Shown here piece after piece: positions 19,759-29,602 of a stretch of 64,000 nucleotides of DNA (position 1 is the first letter of the stretch; every line of letters begins with the position of its first letter). Where the stretch lies: positions 1 through 64,000 of IMG/VR virus record IMGVR_UViG_3300047321_000445; one strand, written 5' to 3'. Source of the stretch: a virus. The position numbers and the translations under genes were made by a program. The notes under the pieces are model-generated. The model searched no databases. It saw only the letters and a list, made by a program, of their open reading frames with translations, and was not told where the DNA came from.

Positions 19759-21440
19759 GCACGCCGACACTCGCCTACAAGACGGTCTCTCAGGAGGCCG
19801 AGGAGTACCTGCGGCTGCACCTGCGGAAGAAGACGGTCGCCCAGCAGGCCGAGGCCTTCCTGCGCCGGTCCGAGCAGGCACGCATGCGCCCCCGCCCCCG
19901 TACCTCGGGCGGCCTGCGGTGGATGGATTGGTTCTGTGGCGCAGGAGGCTCCTCCCAGGGCATCGACGCCGTGCCCGGCGCGGAAGTCACCCTCGCGGCG
20001 AACCACTGGACGTTGGCGATCGCCACGCACGCCGCGAACTTCCCCCACGCCCAGCACGAGCGCGGCGACATCCGCGACCTGCCCGTGCACAACTGGCCCG
20101 TCGCTGAAGCCTTCTGGGCCAGCCCCGAGTGCAAGAAGTGGACCCTGGCGCGCGGCAAGTCCCTCGACTACGCCTCCACGGACGTCCCGCTGCCCGGCTT
20201 TGAGCCTGAGGTCAAGGAGGAAGAGGAACGCTCCCGCGCCCTGATGTGGGACGTCCCGAAGTACCTGGAGGGCGTCCAGCGGCGCGGCAAGCTCGTCCTC
20301 GTCGGCGTCATCGAGAACGTCGTGGAAGCCCGCGGCGGCCGCGACTGGAACCGGCTGCTGCGCGACATCCACAACCTCGGCTACAAGACCAGGCTGATCG
20401 CCTTCAACTCGATGCACGCCCAGCACACCCGCACCGGCCGCCCGCCGCAGTCGAGGGACCGCCTGTACCTGGCGTACTGGCACGTCTCCCTCGGCCGTGA
20501 CCCCGACTGGGACAAGTGGCTGCGCCCCGAGGCGTACTGCCCGAAGTGCGACAAGATCGTGTCGGCGGTGCAGCGGTTCAAGAACCCGTCGAAGGACATG
20601 GGCCGCTACCGGCAGTCGTACCTGTACCGGTGCCCGTCGACCGCCTGCGGCAACACCATCGTGGAGCCCGACACACTGCCCGCCCTGTCCGTCATAGACC
20701 CGACGATCGAAGCCACGCGGATCGGGGACCGGCCGAAGTCGGAGAAGCGCCCCGAGGGTCTCTCCCCGGCGACGATGGCCCGCGTCCAGGCGGGGATCCG
20801 CGACTACTGGATGCCGCTCCTCGAGGCGGCCGCCGACGGCGACCAGGTGAACAGGGACACCCTGGCGCCGCTGATCGTGCCGTGCGAGGGACGCGAAGGG
20901 AAGAAGGTCACCAGCGGGGCCGTGCCGATTCGGGCGCAGACCACCCGCCGCGAGACCGGCATCGTCCTGCCCCCGTTCGTCATACCGATGCGCGGCGGCG
21001 GCGACAAGGAGAAAGCCCGGCTCGCCGAGACCAACCCGCTGCACACCGTCAGCGCCGGGGGCAACCACCACGGCTACATCCCCCCGCACACGCTCCTCGT
21101 GCCGTACTACGGCACCGGCAAGGCCACGACCGTCAGTCAGCCCGTCGGCGCGCTGACCACCCGCGACCGGTACGCCATCGCCGCGGTGGGCTGCACCATC
21201 GACATCGCCGACGTCCTGTTCCGCATGTTGGAGCCCGAAGAAGTCGGCCTGGCGATGGCCTTCGCCAACGACTTCCTCGTCCTCGGCGCCAAGCGCCAGC
21301 GGGTCACGCAGTACGGCAACGCCGTCACCCCGCCCATCGCCGAGCTGATCGCCAGCGCCCTCATGGAAGCCGTCACCGGCGAGGAGCTGGACCGCTACCC
21401 CGACCTTGACCCCCGGTACGCACTGGAGATGGCGGCATGA
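19755..21440 (+). CDS. orphan DNA cytosine-C5 methyltransferase
   Basis: motif I DWFCGAGG, IV WASPEC, VI IENV, VIII QSRDR, X QYGNAV. Confidence 0.92.
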   Translation: MSTPTLAYKTVSQEAEEYLRLHLRKKTVAQQAEAFLRRSEQARMRPRPRTSGGLRWMDWFCGAGGSSQGIDAVPGAEVTLAANHWTLAIATHAANFPHAQHERGDIRDLPVHNWPVAEAFWASPECKKWTLARGKSLDYASTDVPLPGFEPEVKEEEERSRALMWDVPKYLEGVQRRGKLVLVGVIENVVEARGGRDWNRLLRDIHNLGYKTRLIAFNSMHAQHTRTGRPPQSRDRLYLAYWHVSLGRDPDWDKWLRPEAYCPKCDKIVSAVQRFKNPSKDMGRYRQSYLYRCPSTACGNTIVEPDTLPALSVIDPTIEATRIGDRPKSEKRPEGLSPATMARVQAGIRDYWMPLLEAAADGDQVNRDTLAPLIVPCEGREGKKVTSGAVPIRAQTTRRETGIVLPPFVIPMRGGGDKEKARLAETNPLHTVSAGGNHHGYIPPHTLLVPYYGTGKATTVSQPVGALTTRDRYAIAAVGCTIDIADVLFRMLEPEEVGLAMAFANDFLVLGAKRQRVTQYGNAVTPPIAELIASALMEAVTGEELDRYPDLDPRYALEMAA

Positions 21441-21886
21441 GCACTGAATGGCTGCTACGCGCCGCCTGCGGAGGCGGTCACGACGACCCCGAGACGTACT
21501 TCCCGCGCGGCCAGGGCTACCCCCTCGCCTCGCGGGAGCAGGAAGCCAAGCGGGTCTGCGCCCGGTGCCCGGTGCGCGAGGAATGCCTGGCGTACGCGAT
21601 CGACAACGACCTCCGCGAGGGCATATGGGGCGGCCTGACCGACAACGAGCGCCGTCCGCTCGACGGCCGGCTCGTGGTCGCACCCGGCCAGACCCCGACG
21701 CAGGCCGTACTCGCCGTCCGCGACCGGCTGGAGGCGTACACCGCCGACGGCCTCGGCCCCAAGGACATCGGCTACCTGCTGGGTGTCTCCACTCAGGCCG
21801 TCGCCGCCGCCCTGGACCACCTGCACAAGACCGAGAACGACCCCGAGCCCGGCCCCACGGCCGGCATAGGAAAGGCAGCAGCCTGA
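21437..21886 (+). CDS. WhiB-family regulator with C-terminal HTH
   Basis: AAC...[14 protein letters not shown]...GIWGG. Confidence 0.92.
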   Translation: MSTEWLLRAACGGGHDDPETYFPRGQGYPLASREQEAKRVCARCPVREECLAYAIDNDLREGIWGGLTDNERRPLDGRLVVAPGQTPTQAVLAVRDRLEAYTADGLGPKDIGYLLGVSTQAVAAALDHLHKTENDPEPGPTAGIGKAAA

Positions 21887-22431
21887 TGGCAGGCGAGACC
21901 GTAATCACCCTCGTTGGCAACCTCGTTGACGACCCCGAACTCCGCTTCACCCCCTCTGGGGCGGCCGTCGCGAAGTTCCGTGTCGCGTCCACCCCGCGCA
22001 CCTTCGACCGCGACACCACGGAGTGGAAGGACGGCGAGAGCCTGTTCCTCACCTGCTCCGTGTGGCGGCAGACCGCCGAGAACGTCGCTGAGTCCCTCCA
22101 GCGGGGCATGCGCGTCATCGTGCAGGGACGGCTCAAGCAGCGGTCGTACGAGGACCGTGAGGGCGTCAAGCGGACCGTGTACGAGCTCGACGTCGATGAG
22201 GTCGGCGCGTCCCTGAAGAGCGCCACCGCGAAGGTCACCAAGGCCACGCGCAACGGCGGCCAGCAGGGCGGCGGCCAGGGCGGCCGCGGCGGCTGGAACA
22301 ACGGCCAGCCTGCGCAGTCCTCCGCGCCCCCGGCCGATGACCCGTGGGCCACCGGCCAGGGAGCCGCGCAGGGCGGCGCCGGATGGGGTGACCAGCAGGC
22401 GGGCGGCTACTCGGACGAGCCTCCGTTCTAG
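21886..22431 (+). CDS. ssb: single-stranded DNA-binding protein
   Basis: [25 protein letters not shown]...DEPPF. Confidence 0.97.
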   Translation: MAGETVITLVGNLVDDPELRFTPSGAAVAKFRVASTPRTFDRDTTEWKDGESLFLTCSVWRQTAENVAESLQRGMRVIVQGRLKQRSYEDREGVKRTVYELDVDEVGASLKSATAKVTKATRNGGQQGGGQGGRGGWNNGQPAQSSAPPADDPWATGQGAAQGGAGWGDQQAGGYSDEPPF

Positions 22432-22500
22432 GCCGGATGACGGATACGGCCCAACGTCGGGGACCTCGCCCGGTGTTGGGCCGTTTTCATCACCTCATTG

Positions 22501-22532
22501 TCATTGCGCCCGCATTGAAAATCGGTTAGCGT
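22501..22532 (+). promoter_or_regulatory. class-A promoter/operator, copy 3
   Basis: TCATTGCGCCCGCATTGA; TTGCGC-N17-TAGCGT. Confidence 0.7.
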
Positions 22533-22572
22533 GGCGTAGCCAGAAACCGCCCCTGACTAGGGAGAACACCGC

Positions 22573-23154
22573 ATGAGCGACCACACGTACGAGGAACCGG
22601 AGCGGGACGACACCGACCTCCCGGACTGGCTCGCCAAGGCCGAAGCGGCCCGCGACGATGAGGCACTCGTCGAGATCGGCAAGAGGGCTCTCACCAGCAA
22701 GGGCCACGCTGCCGAGGTCAACCGCAAGCTCGCGGCACTCGGTATCGAGCCCATCAGCCCCGCCACCGTCGGCAGGAACGGTGAACTCGTCCCGGCCAAG
22801 CTGACGAACCCCGACTACGAGGCGTACGAAGTCCACGCCACCTGGGACGCCAACGCCCAGCTGGTGCGCCTCCTCGTCGGCGACTGGGAGGACTCGTTCA
22901 CCGGCCTGGAGCCCAGCCAGACCCTGTGGACGCTCGCCGACGTCGCGCACGCCCGCAACGACGGCCCCACCCGCCACCCCGCCAGCATCCGGGTACGGCA
23001 CCCCGACCTGCGCGGGGCCGCCATGAAGGGCGTCAAGCCGGGTCCCGGCAACACCTCCGAGGACACCGCCGCGATCCTGGCCGGCCTCGGCTCGCTCACC
23101 GCGGCGGTCCTGCACCTCGCGGACACCGTCGCCCGCACCAACGCCCAGATCTGA
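22573..23154 (+). CDS. hypothetical protein
   Basis: GGGAG RBS, high-GC3 codon usage. Confidence 0.75.
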   Translation: MSDHTYEEPERDDTDLPDWLAKAEAARDDEALVEIGKRALTSKGHAAEVNRKLAALGIEPISPATVGRNGELVPAKLTNPDYEAYEVHATWDANAQLVRLLVGDWEDSFTGLEPSQTLWTLADVAHARNDGPTRHPASIRVRHPDLRGAAMKGVKPGPGNTSEDTAAILAGLGSLTAAVLHLADTVARTNAQI

Positions 23155-23163
23155 CCCGCCCTT

Positions 23164-23198
23164 CGGGGGTCCGGCCGCTCGACTCGGCCGGGCCCCCG
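23164..23198 (+). repeat. CTCGACT-loop hairpin
   Basis: cgggggtccggccg-CTCGACT-cggccgggcccccg. Confidence 0.8.
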
Positions 23199-23227
23199 CC
23201 CCACGCACATCCCGGAGCAGCCACACC

Positions 23228-23806
23228 GTGAGCACCACCGAACCCGACCCCGACGCCCTCGCCCTCCTCGCCGACGCCGTGGTCCGCCTGCCGGACACCG
23301 TCCTCGAAGAGGCCCTGTACGCGGCCCTCGGCACCGCCATCAAGCAGCGCCGCGACGTGGTCACCGTGGACCGCAAGCAGCACATGGCCGCGATCCACGC
23401 GACCTCGCTCGACATCAAACTCCCGGACGGCACGAAGCTCGCCAGCGTCAGCGCCCCCGGCAGCACGGACGTCGCCAAGGTCACCAACCAGGGCCTGTTC
23501 GTCCGCTGGGTCGCCGAGCACTTCCCCGCCGAGATCATGCAGGCCGTCCGGCCCGCCTGGGAGAAGAAGTTCCTCGGCGGCCTGAGGGAGGGCGAGACCG
23601 GCGCCGAGTGGGCCGACGACACGGGCGAGATCCACGAAGTGCCCGGCGTCGAGTTCGAGACCGTCGAAGGCCGCTCCTCCCTCCGCTTCATCTCGGGCGG
23701 ACACGAGCTCCTCGCCGCCGCCTACCGGGCCGGACTCCTCGACCACCTGAACCTGCCGCCCATCCTCGCCATCGGCCCCGGCCCCAGCGCCGACACGGCC
23801 GCCTGA
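23228..23806 (+). CDS. phage hypothetical protein
   Basis: DTGEIHEVPGVE motif common in phage proteins. Confidence 0.7.
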   Translation: MSTTEPDPDALALLADAVVRLPDTVLEEALYAALGTAIKQRRDVVTVDRKQHMAAIHATSLDIKLPDGTKLASVSAPGSTDVAKVTNQGLFVRWVAEHFPAEIMQAVRPAWEKKFLGGLREGETGAEWADDTGEIHEVPGVEFETVEGRSSLRFISGGHELLAAAYRAGLLDHLNLPPILAIGPGPSADTAA

Positions 23807-23848
23807 CACCCCCTCACCACCCGTACCGACCAGCAGAAAGACACCACC

Positions 23849-24220
23849 ATGAGCAGCGCTCCCACCCGCCTGAACGCCACCGCCTTCGAGCAGGCCGTCG
23901 CCGAGGAAGCAGGCGTCACCGCGGCTGCCGTCCACCGCGTCCTGGACGCCGTCCGTGACGTCGTCGCCCGCGAGATAGCGGCCGGTAACTCCATCGCGAT
24001 CACCAACTTCGGCACCTGGCTGGCCATCGAGCACCCCGCCCGCTACGCCCGCAACCCGCAGACCGGCGGTCGGGTCCTCGTCCCCGGCAAGCAGGGCGTG
24101 AAGTGGCGCACCTCCCCGCGCCTCGCCGAGATCGTCGCCGCCCGCGACACCGAGGCGACCACCCGCAAGCGCCCCAGCGGCCGCCGCAAGCCCGCCGCCA
24201 GCGAGCAGCAGGACGCCTGA
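23849..24220 (+). CDS. HU/IHF family DNA-binding protein
   Basis: IAITNFGTW, ARYARNPQTG. Confidence 0.9.
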   Translation: MSSAPTRLNATAFEQAVAEEAGVTAAAVHRVLDAVRDVVAREIAAGNSIAITNFGTWLAIEHPARYARNPQTGGRVLVPGKQGVKWRTSPRLAEIVAARDTEATTRKRPSGRRKPAASEQQDA

Positions 24221-24280
24221 CCCCATCCCGCCCGGCCCGGGGACGCCACACCGTCCCCGGGCCCTCCCGCCAGGAGCACC

Positions 24281-24733
24281 ATGACCACGCACGAAACGGT
24301 CCGCCTGTGGCACGGCGGAATCCCCGACCTGAAGCCCGGCGACCTGATCACCCCCCACCCGCCCAACGTGGTGGACGGCTGCGCCATCTGCGCCGCCAAA
24401 GCACGCGGCGAGCAGCCCCGTATCCCCGGCATCCCCGGCATCGTGGACCCGCTCACCGAACGCCCTGACCGCGTCTACATCACCCCCGACCGCGAGTACG
24501 CGCGCTTCTACGCCTCCAAGTACCCGACCGGCGACCTGTACGTGGTCGAGCCCGTCGGCGACGTGGAGCCCTCCACCGAGGACCCGTTCCCCACCTTCGT
24601 GGCCCCCGCCGCCCGCGTCATCACGGTCTACTCCCGCGCCGTACGCCTCAGCGACCGGCAGCGCACCACCCTCCGCAACCGGTGGGACCGCGCCGACCAG
24701 GCGCGCGCCTTCGGCCGACTCGCAGGCAGGTAG
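24281..24733 (+). CDS. Arr-like ADP-ribosyltransferase fold protein
   Basis: WHGG..DLKPGDLI, VYIT, LYVVEPVGDVE resemble Arr motifs. Confidence 0.6.
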   Translation: MTTHETVRLWHGGIPDLKPGDLITPHPPNVVDGCAICAAKARGEQPRIPGIPGIVDPLTERPDRVYITPDREYARFYASKYPTGDLYVVEPVGDVEPSTEDPFPTFVAPAARVITVYSRAVRLSDRQRTTLRNRWDRADQARAFGRLAGR

Positions 24734-24735
24734 CC

Positions 24736-25038
24736 GTGAGCGCCGACGAACTCACCCCGTACGAGCGGCTGATGGCCGAAGCCCTCCCCACCGGAACGTT
24801 CGGAGGCGCCCGGCCCCCCAAACCCCAGCGCCGCACCACCGCGGCCCCCGCCGCCCGGTCGTGGACACCCGAGGCGCAGGCCGCCCACGTCGAAACCCTC
24901 CTCAACGGCCTCGACGGCTTCGAGCTGCACGACGAATACGCCGAACACAAGCGCGACCGCCACCGCGAGAAGCGCGCCGAGCAGCGCCCCCGCCTTCGCC
25001 TCATCACCACCGAGCCGGCCGACGAAACGGCCGCCTGA
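24736..25038 (+). CDS. hypothetical protein
   Basis: in-operon ORF. Confidence 0.6.
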   Translation: MSADELTPYERLMAEALPTGTFGGARPPKPQRRTTAAPAARSWTPEAQAAHVETLLNGLDGFELHDEYAEHKRDRHREKRAEQRPRLRLITTEPADETAA

Positions 25039-25059
25039 CCACCCGGAGCAGCGCCACCC

Positions 25060-25491
25060 ATGGACCACATCGAACGCCGCAACCTGGCCGAGACCGCCTT
25101 CCGTCACGCCCTCGCCAACGACCTCGGCGACGCCGCCATAGTCGTCGACCGCATCGCCTCCAACAGCACCCCGATACAGATGTACGCCGTCTGCTGCGCG
25201 TTCGCCTCGGCCGGTGCCGACGCCCTGCGCCGCCAGTACTCGGCCCGCGACCAGGCCCCGGTCGACTTCATGTACATCAACCCCGAGCCCGACAACACCG
25301 CCGCCAGCCCGGCCCGCGCGTTCGCCCGCCGCTTCATCGTCGCCTTCGCCAACCGTGACAACGACATGGCGAAGGCCCTGTTCCTGGTCGCCCTGGAGGC
25401 GCCGGGAGACGGCTTCGAGCACTCCGTCGCAGCGCTCCTCACCGAGGCCGCCAGCATGCACGCCGAAGTCTGCAAGGCACACGAGAGATGA
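25060..25491 (+). CDS. hypothetical protein (paralog of 25787..26221)
   Basis: MYAVCCAFA...FARRFIVAFANRD. Confidence 0.75.
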   Translation: MDHIERRNLAETAFRHALANDLGDAAIVVDRIASNSTPIQMYAVCCAFASAGADALRRQYSARDQAPVDFMYINPEPDNTAASPARAFARRFIVAFANRDNDMAKALFLVALEAPGDGFEHSVAALLTEAASMHAEVCKAHER

Positions 25492-25787
25492 CGCGCGATC
25501 CGCACGCCTGCGGCCTCCTCGCCACCGAGCGCCCCCACAGCCCGACCCTCACCCGCCTCTACCCGTGCGGCTGGCGCTGCGACAACCACGCCCCGTGGGC
25601 CCTCGCAGGCCAGCCCGAACCGCAGGCCGGCCCCGGCTGGCCCTCCCGGGCGTGGACCACCCCCAGCCCGATCAACGACTCCCGCGTCCACGACCAGCGG
25701 GCCATCGCCTCTGGCAAACGCCGCTCCAACCCGCAGGCCTACCGGGCCGCGCAGGCCGCCGTCGCCCCTCCGAAGGAAGCCCAGTGA
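25488..25787 (+). CDS. hypothetical protein
   Basis: RLYPCGWRC..H.P motif; coupled. Confidence 0.65.
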   Translation: MTRDPHACGLLATERPHSPTLTRLYPCGWRCDNHAPWALAGQPEPQAGPGWPSRAWTTPSPINDSRVHDQRAIASGKRRSNPQAYRAAQAAVAPPKEAQ

Positions 25788-26221
25788 TGGACCGAGACCT
25801 GTTCACCCGACTCACCATGGACGCCATGGCGTTCACCGTCCTCAAAGACGCAGACCGCGCCATCGAAGCCCTGGACCAGATCTCCGAGAGCGGCGACCCG
25901 TTCGACATGTACGTCGCCTGCTGCGGCTTCGCCGAGGTCGCCAAGCGCGCCATGCAGACAGTCCTCGGGGAGACGCCGGACCTGTCTGCCGGTGACATGT
26001 GGATCCTTCAGGAAATCGAACCCGGCGCCATGGACGCCGACCCGGTCAAAACGTTCTCCATGCGCTTCATGATCGCCTACGCCAACGACGACAAGGACAC
26101 CACCCCCGCCCTGTACCGGGCAGCGCTGGAAGCCGGACCCGACCAGTTCGCCGAGTCCGTGTGCCAGCTCCTGATCGACGCCGCAGACCTGCACCGCCTG
26201 GCCACCGGACGGCAGTCGTGA
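25787..26221 (+). CDS. hypothetical protein (paralog of 25060..25491)
   Basis: MYVACCGFA...FSMRFMIAYANDD. Confidence 0.75.
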   Translation: MDRDLFTRLTMDAMAFTVLKDADRAIEALDQISESGDPFDMYVACCGFAEVAKRAMQTVLGETPDLSAGDMWILQEIEPGAMDADPVKTFSMRFMIAYANDDKDTTPALYRAALEAGPDQFAESVCQLLIDAADLHRLATGRQS

Positions 26222-26493
26222 CCAAGCCGTACGTCGTGCCCCCCGAGCCCGGCACGGTGCCGCCCGAGACCGTCTCCGCGATCATGCGCGACCCCGACAG
26301 CCCCTATTTCCCGTGCCAGATCACCGTCTTCTGCGACCACTGCGGCCTCAAGGCCACCGGCGACTACCTCGTCCGCGAAGACATGAACAGCCTTGAGCGC
26401 CTGGACGTCGCCCGCCAGTACCTCGTCCAGCACAAGGGCTGGGAGCACACCGACGACGGAGACGACTTCTGCCCCGCCCACGCCTCCCAGTGA
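26218..26493 (+). CDS. small Zn-binding phage protein
   Basis: CDHC...GW...DFCPAH. Confidence 0.7.
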   Translation: MTKPYVVPPEPGTVPPETVSAIMRDPDSPYFPCQITVFCDHCGLKATGDYLVREDMNSLERLDVARQYLVQHKGWEHTDDGDDFCPAHASQ

Positions 26494-26552
26494 CGCACCA
26501 GCCGCCACCGGCCCCCGCCTCCGCGCGGGGGCCCTCCCATGCAAGGACCCAC

Positions 26553-27047
26553 ATGACCACCAACCCTGACGGCCTGGCCGGCGCCTTCGGCGCCGCCCAC
26601 CGCATACCCGCCACCAACTTCCCCGACAACAAGACCACCCTGGACGCCTGGATCATCACCGCCCCCTACTGGCATCCCCTCTGGTCCCAGTACGTCCTGG
26701 CCGTCATCACCCTCGCCGACCTCCCCGGCGTCCCCCCGGCCCACAAAGAGCGGCCCGACGTCACCCACCAGGTCCTCGTCATGACGCTCGACCCGAACTC
26801 CGGTCCCTACGACGCCGCCACCGTCACCGAGCTGCACTTCCTCCAGCCCGGCAACATCGCCGCACAGTTCACCACCACCGACGACCAGGCCCGCGACCTC
26901 GCCCCGCTGTGCGTCCGCGCCGTCGTCGACGGACTTCTCACCCCCGAGACCGCAGACGCCCCCGCCAAAACCCGCGCAGCCTGGCGACAGGTCATCCACC
27001 AGACCCTCGAACACCACCGAGACCCGCACCACGGACGCCTCAACTAG
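26553..27047 (+). CDS. hypothetical protein
   Basis: AAGGA RBS; 164 aa. Confidence 0.7.
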   Translation: MTTNPDGLAGAFGAAHRIPATNFPDNKTTLDAWIITAPYWHPLWSQYVLAVITLADLPGVPPAHKERPDVTHQVLVMTLDPNSGPYDAATVTELHFLQPGNIAAQFTTTDDQARDLAPLCVRAVVDGLLTPETADAPAKTRAAWRQVIHQTLEHHRDPHHGRLN

Positions 27048-27068
27048 CCCCACAGAAAGACCCCGCCC

Positions 27069-27464
27069 ATGCCCGGACGCAAAACCACCCCCACCCGGGC
27101 CAGCGGACCCCTCCCAGCCCTCACCGACATAGAGCACACCGTCCTCGAGGGCCGCGCCAACGGCCTCACCTACACCGAGCTCGCCGACCGCGAGAGCTAC
27201 GCCTACATCAGCATCAAGAAAGCCGCCGCGCGCGCCCTCACCAAACTGGGCGCGCGCGACATGGCCCACGCCATCCTCATCGCCTGCCACGCCGGAATCC
27301 TCGACGGCCGCCCCCAACGCCACGGCGACCACGCCGCATTCGCCGCCCACCAACGCCGCGGCGAAGACCCCTGGGCCTGCACACAAGGCTGCCCCGAAGG
27401 CGAACGCGCCTACCGACGAGACCTCAAAGCCGCCCGCAAAGCCGCCCAACACGACACGACGTAA
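27069..27464 (+). CDS. LuxR-like HTH protein
   Basis: ANGLTYTELA...KLGARDMAHAI. Confidence 0.75.
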   Translation: MPGRKTTPTRASGPLPALTDIEHTVLEGRANGLTYTELADRESYAYISIKKAAARALTKLGARDMAHAILIACHAGILDGRPQRHGDHAAFAAHQRRGEDPWACTQGCPEGERAYRRDLKAARKAAQHDTT

Positions 27465-27475
27465 GGAAAGACAGC

Positions 27476-28036
27476 ATGCTCGGCTTCACCCGGTGCGCGT
27501 CCACAGCGTGCTTCACGCAGGCTGCGGAGTTCATAGTCGGAGTCCCCTTGTGCGACGAGCACATTGAAGCGCTCCGCGAACACTTCGTCCCCCCGAAGAA
27601 TCGCCCGAAGATCGACATGGCAGAGATCTTCCGGATCCGGGCCGAGAACGACGCCTCCCGGACGGTCATCACCGAGCGGGTCAGGCTGACCCCGGAGCAG
27701 AGCGGCACCGATCCGGGGTCAGCGGAAGCGCTGGGCTGCGTCTACTACATCACCTGGCGCAAAGACGACGAGTACATCAAGATCGGCACCTCCCAGAAGG
27801 CCAGCGCCAGATTCAAGCAGCTGACCACCTACACCGGAGACCGCCCTCGACTCCTGGTCGCAGAGCCCGGCGGACGCTCCCAGGAAGCGCTGCGGCACGA
27901 CCAGTTCGCGCACCTGCGGAAGCCCGGCACAGAGCTGTTCCAGTACACCAGCAAGATCGTCGACCACATCGCCGAGCTGCGCGAACGATTCCCGTACTAC
28001 CGCGACTTGACGGACGTCGGCCGCACCTACGACTGA
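27476..28036 (+). CDS. GIY-YIG/T5orf172-like protein
   Basis: VYYI...YIKIGTS....RFKQL...E..RH.QFAHLR..GTELF. Confidence 0.7.
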   Translation: MLGFTRCASTACFTQAAEFIVGVPLCDEHIEALREHFVPPKNRPKIDMAEIFRIRAENDASRTVITERVRLTPEQSGTDPGSAEALGCVYYITWRKDDEYIKIGTSQKASARFKQLTTYTGDRPRLLVAEPGGRSQEALRHDQFAHLRKPGTELFQYTSKIVDHIAELRERFPYYRDLTDVGRTYD

Positions 28037-28050
28037 CGAAAGGCCCAGCC

Positions 28051-28290
28051 ATGATCCCCGGCACCATCGGCGCAGCCGCCGCCTTCACCGCCCTCATCGT
28101 CCTCTGGGCAGGCATCCCCGCAGGCCTCTGGACACGCCCCAAGCGCCGCCCCACACGCCCCAGATGGGCACGAGGACGCCTCCGCGCCCGACTCCACACC
28201 CACCGCCACACCAGAACCCACCGCGCCACCACACGCCCCCGAACCCCCCGCCACCGCACCACACGCCCACACAACCGCACACCCCACTGA
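28051..28290 (+). CDS. small membrane-anchored Arg-rich hypothetical protein
   Basis: hydrophobic N-terminus, low-complexity tail. Confidence 0.35.
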   Translation: MIPGTIGAAAAFTALIVLWAGIPAGLWTRPKRRPTRPRWARGRLRARLHTHRHTRTHRATTRPRTPRHRTTRPHNRTPH

Positions 28291-28384
28291 CCCCGACCAC
28301 CAGGACCCCAGGTCATGAGGGTGGTGGCCGGCCCGGTAGGCCATGACGGTCCTCGCGCGTGAGTCGGCTCGGGACATGCGGATG

Positions 28385-28411
28385 CCCCCGGCCAAGTCGA
28401 GTGGCCGGGGG
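28385..28411 (-). repeat. CTCGACT-loop hairpin
   Basis: reverse strand cccccggcca-CTCGACT-tggccggggg. Confidence 0.85.
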
Positions 28412-28428
28412 GAGTCCAGGGGGGACCG

Positions 28429-29034
28429 TCACGCGGCCAGGGCGACCGCCTCAACCGCGGCGGCGAGAGCCGCGCGCCCGGCCTCGTTCACGGTGAAGGT
28501 CAGACCCTCTCCACGGGCGACCAGGCCCCGCTTGGCGAGGGAGGCGACGGTCCGCCCGTCCGTGGTCTCGCCGCGCTCCAGCGCCGCCGCCATGGCCGGG
28601 CCGACGATCCGCTCAGCCGGGTTCTTCGCGTTGGTCCGCTTCTTGTAGATCTCCAGGCGGTGGGCCCACTCGGCCTCGGCGTTCGCACGGACCGTCTCGT
28701 CGTCGGCCTTCAGCTGGGCCATCACCTCGGCGAAGGAGGTGACGACGATCGTCATCTCGCGGACCGTGACGGCCGCCGCGTCGTCCTCGGCGGCCTCGGC
28801 GATGACCTCGGCGATGACGTCGTGAAAGTCCAGGGCCTGGACGTCCTCGGCCGGGGCCGGCTCGACGACCTCGGTCTCCAGGCGGAGCTTGCCGGTCGGG
28901 GTGTAGACCCGGTGGACCAGGCCGGTCTCGGCGGTCAGCTTCGCGGCGAGCTTGTCGGCCGCCTTGCCCTCGGTGCGGGCGTCCACCTGGACGTCGTCGG
29001 CGGTGGTGATCGTGTAGGCCGGGGTCTTCGCCAT
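28429..29034 (-). CDS. hypothetical protein (paralog of 42042..42719)
   Basis: MAKTPAYTITT...GRTVASLAKRGLV; GAGGAG RBS. Confidence 0.85.
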   Translation of the reverse strand: MAKTPAYTITTADDVQVDARTEGKAADKLAAKLTAETGLVHRVYTPTGKLRLETEVVEPAPAEDVQALDFHDVIAEVIAEAAEDDAAAVTVREMTIVVTSFAEVMAQLKADDETVRANAEAEWAHRLEIYKKRTNAKNPAERIVGPAMAAALERGETTDGRTVASLAKRGLVARGEGLTFTVNEAGRAALAAAVEAVALAA

Positions 29035-29080
29035 GGTGAGCTCCTCAGGTTGGTGGGGCCGGTCTTCCCGTGCCCCGTTC

Positions 29081-29123
29081 GCAAGACCTACTGTACATAC
29101 GTCCCGACGTGAAAACAAGTAGG
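29081..29123 (-). promoter_or_regulatory. class-B promoter/operator
   Basis: TTGTTT-tcacGTCGGGACgtatg-TACAGT (17-bp spacer). Confidence 0.75.
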
Positions 29124-29146
29124 TGGGGGAAACTCCCCGAACACGA

Positions 29147-29183
29147 CTGCGCCCCCGGCCGAGTCGAGCGGCCGGGGGCGCAG
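29147..29183 (-). repeat. CTCGACT-loop hairpin
   Basis: ctgcgcccccggccg-CTCGACT-cggccgggggcgcag. Confidence 0.85.
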
Positions 29184-29195
29184 CGGGGGCGAGGG

Positions 29196-29531
29196 TCAGG
29201 CGGTGCGCTGGGGGTCGGCGTAGAAGGCGCGGATGGCCTGCCACTGCTCCCGGGGGAGCTCGCTTGCGCGGGCGGTCCACCAGGCGCCGGGGCTGCCGGT
29301 GGGGGCGAAGCCGACGGGGAACTCCGTCAGCTCCCCGGTGTGGCTGTACGCGATCTGGGAGTGGCCGTTCGGGCTCTGCAGGGTGGGGCGCGGCACGAGG
29401 AGGCCCACGCGGCGGCGACCCTCCTGCGCGCCGCCGTGGGGCGAGCCCTCGTACAGGGCGACCCAGCGGGGCCGGCTGCCGTAGCGGATGGAGCTGTTGC
29501 GGATGCGGCGGGTGTCGGCGGGCTCGGTCAT
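29196..29531 (-). CDS. hypothetical protein
   Basis: GAGAGGA RBS; flanked by hairpins. Confidence 0.7.
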   Translation of the reverse strand: MTEPADTRRIRNSSIRYGSRPRWVALYEGSPHGGAQEGRRRVGLLVPRPTLQSPNGHSQIAYSHTGELTEFPVGFAPTGSPGAWWTARASELPREQWQAIRAFYADPQRTA

Positions 29532-29554
29532 GAGAGTCCTCTCGTGGTGCGAGT

Positions 29555-29591
29555 GCTGCGCCCCGGCCAAGTCGAGTGACCGGGGCGCAGC
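29555..29591 (-). repeat. CTCGACT-loop hairpin
   Basis: gctgcgccccggtca-CTCGACT-tggccggggcgcagc. Confidence 0.85.
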
Positions 29592-29602
29592 GGGCGTGAG
29601 GG

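Noticed and set aside
19596-22352. 918-aa minus-strand ORF and similar long antisense ORFs (55252..57561, 32891..34825, 59209..60918, 44775..46463)
   Set aside because: Shadow ORFs opposite well-supported genes, expected in high-GC DNA.
28140-28290. CA-rich low-complexity stretch as a repeat element
   Set aside because: No fixed repeat unit; consistent with Arg/Thr/His/Pro codons or drift.
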